Positions 38,637 to 52,079 of a DNA stretch of 64,000 nt are shown here, piece after piece. Numbering within the stretch: the first letter of the stretch is position 1; every line of letters begins with the position of its first letter. The notes below the pieces were generated by a model. It was not told the DNA's origin. It ran no database searches and saw only the letters and a program-made list of their open reading frames with translations. The position numbers and the translations under genes were made by a program. This DNA comes from Chrysomallon squamiferum. Lineage: Eukaryota; Animalia; Mollusca. Location of the stretch: positions 17,670,001-17,734,000 of the forward strand of contig CM022678.1 in NCBI GenBank assembly GCA_012295275.1. The letters are read 5' to 3'.

Positions 38637-39888
38637 GAAGTTATTACAGTGAAGATTAATATATAATCTTAGATTAGGGCAGTTTTTTTATTTTTATTTT
38701 TTTTTACTACCTGTTTTTTAGTCATATAAATTTTTTTTTTTTTTTTTTTTCCCCACATTGTTTTATAATTGAATAATAATTATAATAATTTTTAATTAGT
38801 ATGTGTTGTGTGTATACTTGTTTTAGGTGTTTATTACAAATTTCATCACATTCTTATATAATTAATGATATATTAATTAGGTTGTTTCTTCATTGCGTAA
38901 AATATGTATCATATTAGATTAAGATTATTTAATCTTTTCTGTGATGTTTAAACTTTGTCTTATTTATTTATTTATTTATTTATTTATTTGGTTAATAATT
39001 AAAACAAGTCTTGTAAACAGAGGCTAATTTACAGTATATTAAATTCTTATTTCTAGTTCTTTTTATTAATGTAAATAGTTTAATTATTTTTTCGATGTAT
39101 TTTATAGTTGTAATCTCAATATTTATGGAGATTTTGGTTTGTTTTGTTATAATTTTATATAATTTTTAATTTTTGACATTATTATCAAAAATGATTATTT
39201 ATTGCTATTGCTATTATTATCATTATTATTTTAAAAATAATAGCATTTTTTTTTTCTAATGGAGAAATCAATATAATAATTATATATCATTAATGTAGTA
39301 ATTCTGAGATTGCATGGATTATGTTTTATTCATTGTTTTTCTTAATAACTGGCACAGTATTTATATATACATACATACATACATACATATATATATGTCT
39401 GTTAATTACATCTTAAAGTTCAATATATGAAATCCTTTTATCAATAAATAAATAAATCTAACAAAATATAAAGAGGAAATAAGTTTTTCTTAATGTATTA
39501 ATATTTTTCAGATTGTTTATAACAAATGTTTATATAACTCAAAAATAAAAAGGGGGCCAAATTTTTCATTGTTAACATGTCATAAAATTAATTTAAACTT
39601 CATTAATTCGTGGCAATGTTCAAAGCAACTTTTCATTTTTATAATCCCTTTTTACTGGGCATTTTTATTTTGAAAAATCCAGTCATCAGCAACAATATTC
39701 ATTTTTTTTTATATATTTCAGCTTTGCAAAATGTTTTTATCTGTACAGTATTTCAGTATCTGTCTCAGAATATTGCAATTAGTGTATGTGTGTTCATTAA
39801 AATAGGTTTTACTTCTGTTACAAATATCTATCATAGGCATACTCCATCTTTCTGTTTGTCTGTTTCCTATTGCTGTTTCTTGCTCATC

Positions 39889-39925
<37 letters not shown>

Positions 39926-40227
39926 CCTCTCTCTCTCTCTCTCTCTCTCCTCCCTCCCTCTCTCTCTCCCTCCTATATATTTATTTCTGTCAACTTCTTT
40001 GTCCTACTCAGTCAAAATAAAGGCAAAATTTCATTATCTTAAAGAAGCACATCGCAGACATTCAAACTGTTTACATTACTCTGTAGTAGACATGGAAAAC
40101 ACATCGTTGTGTGTTTGTGTGTGTATCATTCTCCCTGCTTTCTCAGAATGTTAGTTTCGCATTGTAACTCCAGTATATCCGTCCAGTGACGTTTCTTTTT
40201 GTAAAGTTGTGATAGCCATAAATTTAT

Positions 40228-40241
40228 GTTGCCATAGTAAC
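40228..40241. promoter_or_regulatory. RFX X-box
   Basis: GTTGCCATAGTAAC, a near-consensus X-box palindrome. Related sites at 12791-12804, 14528-14541, 25946-25959, 26050-26063 and 30949-30961. Confidence 0.5.
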
Positions 40242-42236
40242 CTGTAGCCAGAACAAATAAACTGGTGTAAAAAGATTTATTTTTGTGTTGCTTGTTTTGT
40301 TTTGTTTTTATTTGTATTTATAAAAAAATAATAATAATAAATAAAAATAAAAAGATCGTATTAATCACAAATTTCTTATATCATAATCAATCCTAGATTT
40401 TTACTGTTTTGATTATTTGCTGAGCAATACTCCAGATCATGAAGTAACTGAATATTAAATTACATTTAAATAATAATATTTCATAACATCAATATGGTAA
40501 CAAAAAACAAATATTTAAACAATTTAAAATGCATTTATTCATAAATGGATTTCAGTCTTGACCTGAAAATTGCTATAAACATACAGCGTTAATTATTAAT
40601 TTAATTTGATGATCAAAGGAAAGCAATGAACTGTATACTTATTAACATGGTTACTGGTTTGAAGAGAACTGTCAAGAACTATTTTACAATAAAACTAACA
40701 TTAATAAAATATAAAATTTCACTTTACAGTTTAAAAAAAAAGATAAAATAAACTTGTCTTCAAATAATAGATTCAGTAAATATTATCTTTAATGCTTACC
40801 AAAGAAATATATATACATATTATAATGTATGAAGATCTGTACTTGATCAAAATAAATATTCCACAAAATAAAAATTTTAAAAAAATTAAAAAAAAGAAGA
40901 TGCTTTACGTTATGTTTCAAATGGTTTTATGCTGCCCACTCTTAATTGATAATAATGTATATCAACAAAAGATTACAGTTTAAAAATAAACAATTCTGTC
41001 ATTGTTCTGTTGTCATGTTCTCACTGAATTCAGGATGGACTAAAGCTTTTTATCTAATAATACCAAAAAGCAAATAATTAAAAAAATACAGAACTACCAG
41101 TCAACCATGTATTCAATAAGGACAATTCCAGTTGTAAAGAAGTGAAATGACATTGTCATACTTTATTATTAATAATGGTATGGCACCTAAAATAATAAAA
41201 AAAAAAAATAAAAAAAATTTTTAAAAAAAAAAATGGAATTTTATTAGACCACTATTTCTTAATGCCATATGTACATTTAATTAATACATTATAAAAAATA
41301 CTTTGCTTTAAATGATGTTAAATTAACAATAATAACTTTCAAATCAATTTTTTTTATGAGACAATTCTTTCAATCTGCCAATGTACCATTAAATTAATAC
41401 ATTATTTATAAATAAGATTTATTTTTCCTTATAAATATTTCACTTTGTTACAACTGAAGCTAGGTTGAACAAAACAATAAAATAAAAATGTATAAGTATA
41501 AAGAATTTTACTAGATCATTTATTTGCATAGCCTTTAATTAATCTATTCAGTAAATATTCTAAGTCAATTTTAAAAACTTCAAGATATTTAGTCTAAAAA
41601 GTTTCTAAAAGGAACAGAATATTCAAATATTTCTTCTTCTGAGACTAAAAAATGCAGATTTTCAGTTAATGAAAATCATTATGCATTATTTGAAATATTT
41701 TACAATATTTCCATTAATACTGAATATTTATATATATATATATACATACATATATGTATATATGTTTCATTTTCAGGTAGTAAAATTTTTTTTTTTTTCA
41801 TTTTAAAGCTCATAATGGCAGCTCCTTAAATTAATTAATTAAAATAATAATAATAATATGAAAAAGTGTGTGTGTGTCTGTGAGTGTTTGTGTGTGTGTC
41901 TGTGTTTGTAACTAAAAGTTATAAACTAAAAATTATGAAACATTCAGTAAAAGTTTAGCAAGAAACGTATTCAATGATTTTGCTGAATTTAAAAACTGAA
42001 TATGTTAACACTGCAATGTACCACAGACACAAATGTGATTAAAATCTGACTGTTTTAATATTTTCAAAACACTCTGGAAACCATGAAAAACTGATCTCTC
42101 ACACACACACACACACACAAACAAACACAAACTTATTAAATGCATATGCAGTATGGACAGTAAGACAAATTGTTGGGGTTTTTTTGCCCAGAGATATTCT
42201 GGATTTCTATTCATAAGACTGAGATGATGCTGACAT

Positions 42237-42267
<31 letters not shown>

Positions 42268-42639
42268 CCCTCTTAAGAAATTCACCATTTTTATCTCTGG
42301 AATATGACCTAGCATTAACTACAAACACATTCTCATTCTTTTACTTTCTCTCCATCCACCCTCCCCCTCTCTGTTGGACTCATTCATCCCCCCTCCCACC
42401 TCTCCAAACATGCAAACTCTCAGGATGGACAGACAGACAGACAGACAGACCTTATTAACAAGAATAAAACTAACCTCAGTCACATTGTAGTCTGTTAATC
42501 CTGTGACAGCATACTGAACTAATCGTATTAACTCAAAGGATGATTTTTGAGTAAAACATCATTTCCATTAGTGATTTGTTATCTTTGAAAACAACTGCAC
42601 CGAGTTTGGTTAAACTTAATCAACAGAAATTGTAATCAT

Positions 42640-43180
42640 ACTTTCACTATCAAGTAAAGTATATTATAACTGCACTTTCATTTTCACTTTCAAATTAATA
42701 TAGATTTTTGATTCTGAAGTATTTTAAGATCAGTGCCTCACTTTGATATGAAATGTATAAGAGTAATTTCTTTTTTAATGTGAATTATGACTGGATTTTC
42801 ACTTTCAAAAAAGAAATGTATTATATATTTTCACTTTCTATTTCAATTAAAGTTCTTTTTATTGTATATTCATTTTGAAGCAATGAATATCATACTGTAG
42901 ATAGTTTCTTTTTTTTTTTTTTTGAAGTAAAGAGTGTTATAGCAGAACTTACACTTTCACATAAAGTTCAATTTGATTTTCCTATCACTTTCACTTTCTG
43001 ATTGTAATAAAACTTTACTAAAGTAAAAATTTATTAAGATTTTTGATAAACTACATTTCAACTTTTGTTTCATTTGCGTCTCAAGTAAATTTAAAATTCA
43101 CTTTCAAGGAATGTGACCATGTTTTCAGTTTCACTCTCAAGTAAAATATATTTTGGTTTTACTTTCACTTTCAGTTTGAT
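42640..43180. repeat. TTTCACTTTC array in the 3'UTR region of the BCLAF1/THRAP3-like gene
   Basis: About 10 copies of (T)TTCACTTTC(A). Confidence 0.7.
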
Positions 43181-43221
43181 TTGATTGTATTTTCTGCATG
43201 CTATGTCAGTAAAGTGCTGTG

Positions 43222-46200
43222 TTATGTGTCGTTTGTTGTACTGGATGGTTTTTCATCTTCAGTTTTCTCCCACAGGTAAAACATGTCGTGTTTCCAGTGT
43301 CCTCGCTCGTCTAAAGGTTTGTCTGGAAAAACAAATAATTAAAATGTTATTTTAATCTTCTCACATCATGTTAACATTTATTTGTATGTATGTTTGTATG
43401 TGTGTATGTGTATGTATCTATGTATGTATGTATGTATGTATGTATATGTGGCTGTCTGTGTGTTTATGTTTATGTATGTAATGTGTATATGTTGCACACT
43501 TTCATGCATGTTTCTATGTATATATAGGTTGATATGTGTATCGCACCTTTTTTTTTTACACATATTTCATAATATTTACACTCATTCTATCACAATACAG
43601 TTTCCCACACAAAATTCACAGAAGTAAAAATCAGAAATTAAAATGCCACTTAACTCTCTGTCAATCTTATTTTAAGTTTCATTTTTTTAATTTCCTGCCA
43701 ACAATGTAAATAAAACTAAATGAGAAATATGAATTTTTTAAAGACAATATCTTTAACATCACACTGCTTGGGTAACCTCACCTGCAGTGTTCATTTATGA
43801 AGGTAAGATTTTATAAAAGAACTTATGGCTGAATTTATTTATAACATTATCTACACCATTAAACAATTTATACATACCATTATCTACACCATTATACAGT
43901 TTATACACACCATTATACAATTTATACATACCATTATCTAAACCATTATACAATTTATTCATACAATTATCTAAACCATTATACAATTTATACATACCAT
44001 TATCTACACCATTATACAATTTATACATACCATTGTCTACACCTCTGGTTGAAGTGAGACCACCGCGGTTCGGGCGTGACAGAGAGCCCCTGCCCCGGGG
44101 CCTGTTGTCACCCTGGTAACCTCGTCTTAGTCTACCAAACGACTCCCTGCAATAATTTACAAAAATTTATTTCATGTTCTTCTCTCCCCAGTTTCACAAT
44201 AAAAACACACTTCAACAGATCTGTCTTATTTGTAGAAGTAATATTTAGACTAAAAAGAATTAGATTAAAACAACAATTGCAGCGATGGTGTATGTATTTA
44301 TGACATTTACTCAACTGTTACAAATCAAAAATAGATTTTAGAAAGTTTATTTACCACGTGCTAGATGTTACTTTAGTGTGTGTTTTAAAATTTTATTACA
44401 GTTTAGAATAATTATTTGTTTAATAATAATTTTTGTAAAATTACATTTATTTGTGCACCTGTTTGACAAGAAGTCGACTAAATATCTCATTTATTCCACT
44501 GTTTTATTAAAAACTATTTAAAAAAAATAATAATAAATAAATAAATTTCATTTTATAATCTCAATATTCTATCTTCTTCTTTACTTGTCAAAAAAAAAAA
44601 AATATATAAATAAATAATAATAATAACAATGTATTAGAAGTTGGCTGTTATAGAATCATCATCAATCTACAATGGTCCTTTTACTTTCCTTTAACTTTTT
44701 AAATTATTTCTGTCCAGTGATGTAAGGAAATCATGGAGAATAACAAATTTGTGAAGTCACTGTGTATAGAATCCAGACAGTCAGTTGAATGGTAATAATT
44801 TAATGTCACATGATGAATTATTTAATATTTGATTAATCTCCCAAACCCTGTGGACATTAGGCAAGATATTTCTCCTTACAAATCTAAAATATTCATTTAA
44901 CTGTTTTGAAATTAATCAGTAACAAATTAATGTCTGTGCTATCATATGATGAACTATTTTGTTTTGTTTCATGTTTATTCTGTGACAAATGTAAGAGTGA
45001 GAAATTTATGTCACCTCAATCAAGGTAAAAATCTTAATTAAAGCTTTCAAATGTCTGGTTTTTTGTGACTAGTAAGTAATAAATTTACCTCTGATAGATT
45101 TTATTGTCATACGAAGAAGTATTTCGTCTCTGTGATCTGTCCCAGGTTTGTGATTGGTTACCACGGTTACTGTCCCTTGCACGACCCCTGTTAAAGCCAC
45201 CACGCCTTCTTCCACGCAAACTCTGAACGGGAAAAACTTCTCTGTCATCATGCTGAAAAAAAAATTAAATACAAAATTTTAAAATGTGAAACATTAATTT
45301 AACATTAAAAAAAAAATTAATATTTAAAACAAACAAAATTATTAATTTTTATTTATTAGTATAATTACTATTATTTTTTCATTATTTTTATTTATTAATT
45401 TTTATTTATTGGTATTATTATTGTTTTTATTTATTTGTTTCTTTTTTGTTTTTGTATTTTAAAAGCTTTTTAATTACTTTATGTATGATGAGAAAATATA
45501 AAAAAAGTGCCATTTTTTCTTCAACAATAAACATGTACACATTGACGTCTGCTAATAAAAATAAAAATATATTATTTTATTTTATGACACACTGATAAAT
45601 TTAATAACATTCACCAAGTTTTCACTTGAAATAAACAAAAGAATAACTTCACAGAACTCATAATACTGAACTGGAACAGAAGTGTGTGGTGTTCTTAAAG
45701 TGAAATTCAAAGACAAATATTTAGACATTTGTATAAAAGTTTTATTCAACCACATATCGGCCATTTTGAATCAGTATCTTCCACCATCTTTGAGGCATTT
45801 TTATGATTCCATCCTCCCAGGCATTTTCATGATTCCATCCTCCCAGGCATTTTTCTGAATGATGAGCTTGTTTAACTGTTACAACTTCTGTTCCAACCCA
45901 GCATAATGAAATACTTAAATTGTTCGTTCATACCGTAACAAATTTAAAAAATAAATAAATATAAATAATTTTACCTCAAAATAACTCTCTCCTTTAGGAA
46001 TTATTTCTGGATTTTCCCTCCATGCTTCATATTTGTATTTGTCTAAAAATAAACATTCATAAAATGTTTTTTAAAAAGTCTCATAGCTTTTCAAACTGAA
46101 TGAACAGACAAATGTACTATGGGACAGATGGACAGAAACAGTAAACAGGTAGATCAGAAATACTTAGTATTCCAAAAGCAAAATACAGAAATTTCATATG

Positions 46201-47540
46201 GAATTATTTCAAATCTAGAATATAATTTTTTTTTTTTTTTTTTTAAATACTATAATACAGTACTTTCAAAATATATCAAAAGTAAATGATTTTTACAATA
46301 TGTAGTAAATGAAAATAAAAAGTGACTAAGATAGTACTGAATTAATAAAATATTTAACAAAAAATTATTAGAAAAGAATACATCACTGCAGCAAACATGT
46401 TTTTTTTTTTAAATTTGCTCATAAAAATGAAAATCAAAAAGCATCATTTGACATGATTTAAGATACACAAACATGTATACATATATACACACACACACAC
46501 ATACTTAAATACAGACAAACACTCATTTCTTTAGACATACTAACCTCACACAGTTATACATATTTATACAAAATATGTATCTATGTTCACATTTACTCAT
46601 TTACATACATCCACAAACACACACACAAACATTCACAAACACTTAACACACACACACAGACAGACAGACAGACACTCACCAACTCTTCTAGAAAAATCAG
46701 GTAACTGACGACCAGAATCACTTCTGCTTCGTGAACTGCCTGTAAAATAAAAAAAATCAGATCTTCGAATTTTGTAATTTTAAAACTAACTCAAACAATA
46801 AAACATTTTCCTAGCACAATGTAAAACAAAAAAACAATTCTATCTTAAAAAAATATAATAATAAAACAAAATAACACTTCACATTAATGCAATCCAGTAA
46901 ATTATTATTTTTATGTGGACTATTTTTAATTATGAATTTAGCTGTTAGAGTGAAATAAAATAAAATAAAATAAAATAAAATAAAATAAAATAAAATAAAA
47001 TAAAATAAAATAAAATAAAATAAATGCAACCCCAAATACCCCAAATTTATTTTCTCTTTAAAAAGAATATTTTTATTTTAATAAGACAGACAGATAAAAG
47101 TTAGTATTTCTAATTTTATTTTTTAATGAATAATTAAACAATTTCTTTTTCAGTTATTGTTATTTATTTTACTTCTTAAAATCATAAGATTTTATTCAAA
47201 TAACAAATCTTCCCCACACATAAAGCTTTTAAATTAATTTTCTAAAAAAAAAATAGTTTTCTTTCATCCCAAACAAACCTGACATTCTTCTTTCTCTCTC
47301 TACTATCCTCTCACTTCCTCCTCTGTCATCTGACCAGTTCTCTCTATCTCTGCTACTATCTGTCCTTCTGGCTTCTATTTTAGCCCTGCAGAAAACAAAA
47401 TAAAAATATGTGATCCATGAAGTGTGATATAATCAGTATTATTAATTGTTATTATTACTATTATCATTACTATTATCATTACTATTATCATTATTATTAC
47501 TATTATGATTATTATTATTATTATTATTAGTTATTATTAA

Positions 47541-47574
<34 letters not shown>

Positions 47575-50331
47575 TTTATTATTATTATTATTATTGCTGT
47601 TGTTGTTGTTGTTGTTAATGTTATCAGTATTCAGAAGTGTACTTTACCTAGCGTCCATCCTGTGGTCAAACTGGCCTCGGTGGACCAGGTTGTGTCGAAG
47701 GTCATTGGGATTGTTTTGTATTCGTTCCATTTTAATTTGAGTTTTGTAACTCTGTCGATTGTGTCCGAAGTTTGGTTCGTACTTGAAATCTGGCTCAGTA
47801 TCTAGTCTGAAAATGAAGAGATAATTAAAATAAAAAATAATAAAACCTAACAAAACCCACAGCCCATATAAAATATTATAAATAAATATCAAACTCAGTG
47901 TAAAACTAATATTTTATGAAAGTGAAAATCAAACATAACAATTACTTTTAGGTTTTGATATTAATTTTATTATAGACCTCATGTTATTTAGCAAATATTA
48001 AAAAGTCAGTAAACAATGCAAGAATACAAATAAACAAACATCTACTTCTTTCATTGCAGTTATTTCTTTTTTAAACATCTGTTTCTTTCATTATATTATT
48101 ATTAATTTTTAATTTTTGATTTAATTCCCATTCCATATCAACTAACTGTAAACTATTTCAGAATTTATATTTACCTGATGTGCACCGTCTGCCCAACATG
48201 TCTGCCATGTGGAGAAGGACTCCTCTGTCTTGTGACCTCAAGATATTTCTCTCTCCATGGCGACCGACTGACCTCTTTTCTAATAAATGAAATTTTTTCA
48301 TTTTAAAATCAAAGCCAGTGGATCATTTTTTAAAACTATTTTATTAAAAATCAAATAGAAACTGATGTTAAAAGTTCGATACTGTGCCTATATGAAACAT
48401 ACGAAATAAACTTTTAAAATATTAATTTAAGGAATATTTTTAATGTATAAAGGATTTATCGTCTAATAAAATACAAAAATAAATTTTAAAAAAGTAATTA
48501 ATAATTTCAATCACAGATAAGACTAGTAACTGTTTGAGTATATTCAGATGGCAGTTAAATCAACAACTTAGCAATATTTTATATAACAAAATCAAAATTA
48601 AAAAACAAAACAACATAATAGCAATTGGTGCATTTGTAAGAACACTGGATCCATAACTGAAAGTTTGCAGGTTCAATACCCTGGACCTGTGACACTGTTG
48701 TGTGGTGACTGCATTTCACTACAACATAATTAACAACTTGACAAGATGTGATGTTCTGTTTATGATTAGTGCATTGTGACATATGGCAGCATGGAGTGTA
48801 TGCTTTCCCAGATGTGTGTGTTAGACAGAAAAATGAGTTAGGGAAATAATAAAATATGGTGTTTTGAGTCTGCATTACCACTGGAATTATGTACTACCTA
48901 GGTGTCCAATGATGATGATGTTGAAGATAATAATAATAATAATAATAATAATAGTAACAATAATAAAAATAATAATAATAATAATATTAATAATAGCAAC
49001 AGTAACAAAAAAAACTAAAAATAGTAATAATACTAAATAATAATCTTAAATAAAACAGAATTAAAAAAATATTCTGTAAAAAAATAAATGTTTTTTCGTT
49101 AAATAAAGACCAAAATGAAATTCAAAAGATACCTTATTACACGAGGTGACCTCTGAGTCAGCTCATTATCATAATCTGATCTCTCGCGACTGCTTCCTCG
49201 CGAATGATTAGAGACATTTCTACTCCGGATCGGCTGAATACTGATGATTCTTCTTTCAAACACATCATCATCATCATCATCCAGCCTATCATCATGGTGG
49301 AAAGCTTTAATCTCTTCACGATCGAATATCGGTTTCTTTCCTTCGCCAGTTCTGTGCACCATGACAAAAAAACTCGGATCGAAAACATTAGAGACGTTTA
49401 CAGTACTCGACGGGATACAGTTGCGAGACCGCTGGATTCCAATGGTTATGTTTTCCTCGAGAATCAAAGGCTTCTGGTCAACATTCTTAAATCTCTGGTT
49501 GAGAGTCTGTCGCAGAAAACCCGGCGAAAACTCTACGTTTGAGTCCAAACTCAAATTTTTGTCGTAATATTTTGAATCTGCGGAGTGGGACTGGTTCAGG
49601 TGCATGCTGGGAGGTACATTCCGCACATCTTCTTGTTTCTGATGTTCGTAAACAACACTGCGAGAACTGAAAGTTTCGGTTTTTGTTGGCGATATATCTT
49701 TTTGGCTTTGCCATCTAACAATTTAAAAAAAATAAATGAATAATGTCCAACAATATTACTATGAAAAGAAAAATATTTATTTAATTGCATCTGCTACACA
49801 AATTTTTTAACTAATTAAATCCAAAGTAATTGCTGTTCCTTTAAAAATCCTTTTTAAGTGCAATACAGTTTCTTTTAATAAGAATAAATACTAACCACTT
49901 ATCATTAACAGAATCAAAAAAATAATAAAATAAAAATAACTAAACAATAAGTAAATAAAATTAATAATTACAAAAACAATTTTAAAAATAAAAAATAATT
50001 TAAAAAATAATTATAATAATAATAATAATAACAAATAACTAATTATTTTAGAGTAAATAATTTAGGCTATAATTATATACAACCAAAAATGTTTTTAATA
50101 AATACCTAAATATATATATAAATAAATAAATAAATGTGTTTCTGTGTTTACCGTTGTTTTTCTGGACTCAGATTCTGTTGCTGTAAGGAAGAATTATTTC
50201 TGTCATAAGTCTGAAAAGCTTCTTGTCTAGAAAAGTGAATTGGGGACCTAAAATTAAACACAACAAAGAGAGACAGATGAAATCTGATCTACTCACTCAT
50301 CTTAAATCCGAGAACAAGGAGACAAAGAATC

Positions 50332-50427
<96 letters not shown>

Positions 50428-51923
50428 AGAAAGACAGATACAGAAAAACAGTAACAGATGTAAAACCATCACTAGACAGATGACTAACAGAAAGATAATT
50501 AGACAAAATGGTAAATGAAAAAAAAAAAGCTACAGCTACACAGACATGTGAATGCACGCAAGTGACAAATAAATACACATATATACGTAAAGACATGAAT
50601 ACGCACGTACATATTCTCAGTGAGATTTCTCACCTGGGCTGTTTCTGCGGAGAAACGTACAACTGGTGACTCTGATTCGGAGAATGGCTTCTTTTCCTTT
50701 TTGGTGACACGTTCCTTTCGACACTTTCACTTCCTGGCTTTCTCCGATTTGATGACGGGGAAATTCTCCCCTCTCTGTTTTGCACTGACGAAGACCGTTG
50801 CTGTGGCGATGGAGACTTCTGTGCCAGTGATTTATTCTGTGTTCCCGGCGTCTGCGGTTTCCTCTCGGGTGATCGGTAACGTCTTTGAGGTGACTGTGAC
50901 TTTCGACTAGCTGATCTAGACTTCCGTCTTGGTGATCGCGACTTTGTGCCTGGTGATCTCGATTTCTTTCGGGGCGACCTAGAATACCTTCTGGGTGATC
51001 GAGATTTCTTCCTGGGTGATCTAGAATACCTTCTGGGTGATCTAGATTGCCATTTTGGTGACTTTATTCCTGGTGATCTAGATCTCTTCCTGGGTGATCT
51101 AGACTTTCGTTTCGGTGATCGGTATCGTGTTACTGGTGATCTTGACCTTCTGGTGCCTGATCGAGATGGTCTCCATGGTGATCGAGATCTTCTCCTTTGA
51201 TTGTCTGACTTTCCATAACCACTTGTCAATCGATGCCTTGGTGACTTTGACCTTGACCTTGACCTAGACCTTCGCTGGTTTCTTCGATAGTATGGTGATC
51301 TGGATCTGCTTCTACAAAACACAGATTGTTATTTTTAAATTACAAATTTATTTAAAATAAAATAACAAAGTATTAATACTGGCCATTCAAACATAAAACA
51401 AAATAACTGTTAAATTGTATCCTCGATGATGCCATCAACTATAATATAAGTTGTCTTTGCTTTCTTTTACTATTATTATCATTAATTGTAGTAGCAGTAG
51501 TAATAAGCAGGTAACATTTAATAAAATTAAGGTAAACTGATGCATATGCCTGTATATTTGTCTGGGTGGCTATATTTGTATGTCTGAGTACAAATACAGG
51601 TTTTGTTTTATTTTTCTATTATATTAATGATCAACAGTTGTTTTTAACATTAACCAATATTGATAATAATTATTATTAACTAATTTTTTTTTCTAAATTC
51701 AATTTCCTATGCATCGTCATAAGATATATCAACTGATTCATATATCTGCAACAGTATTCAACTGCCTTTTTAGAATTTCAACATTTGCATCGGGCTAGAA
51801 TGACAAAAATAACAAAAACAATGAAGTAATAAAACTTGTTTTAGAATCTAAGATCCCGTTTACATTTTATTTGCAAATTCAAAACAATCATTTACATAAA
51901 ATGCCAATAACTAAAAACCTCAT
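43222..51923 (-). CDS. RS-domain nuclear protein, BCLAF1/THRAP3-like, with C-terminal Btz-type motif (about 746 aa, 12 coding exons)
   Basis: Exons (minus): 51923-51919, 51311-50634, 50247-50152, 49714-49133, 48279-48175, 47806-47648, 47385-47279, 46739-46680, 46042-45975, 45252-45089, 44146-44031, 43322-43222 (2241 nt, in frame). Begins MRSRSRSP with a long SRSP-repeat domain. Motifs TLNQRF, RRIISI, PNDLRH, WRENPEIIPKGESYFEHDDR, an RGG-rich tract and WKHDMF resemble the conserved BCLAF1/THRAP3 blocks (TLxERF, RRIDIS, DLRHDI, PKSKKYFLHDDR, WxHDK[FY]). Confidence 0.8.
43843..44043 (-). repeat. 33-nt tandem repeat containing the exon-11 donor of the BCLAF1/THRAP3-like gene
   Basis: Unit GGTGTAGATAATG|GTATGTATAAATTGTATAAT (minus), about 6 copies, stop-free (GVDNGMYKLYN). 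Confidence 0.9.
48635..48710 (+). mobile_element. Decayed tRNA-derived SINE head
   Basis: B-box-like GCAGGTTCAATACC preceded by a degenerate A-box region; no complete cloverleaf. Confidence 0.3.
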
Positions 51924-52079
51924 ATTTCTTTCCCTTTGAGCAAATGATGTCTGAGTTGGTACAATTAAAGTTTTTCGCAAAAAAGCATTTACTTTCTTCT
52001 CATATTCAGTTTTCGCAAAATCTGTACCGATTTCACCAAAATTGAACCGCCACGTTAATAAGGTAAAGGAATCAGTCAA

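Noticed and set aside
40120-40241. Minus-strand exon-like segment after ctacag as an alternative last exon of the BCLAF-like gene
   Set aside because: The gene already has a conserved terminal exon, the peptide shows no similarity, and the sequence is better explained by the X-box element.
48635-48710. tRNA gene
   Set aside because: Only a B-box-like word; no acceptor stem or cloverleaf.
50620-51200. Plus-strand ORFs 50620-50910 and 50946-51200 (GDLD repeats)
   Set aside because: Antisense shadows of the RS-repeat exon.
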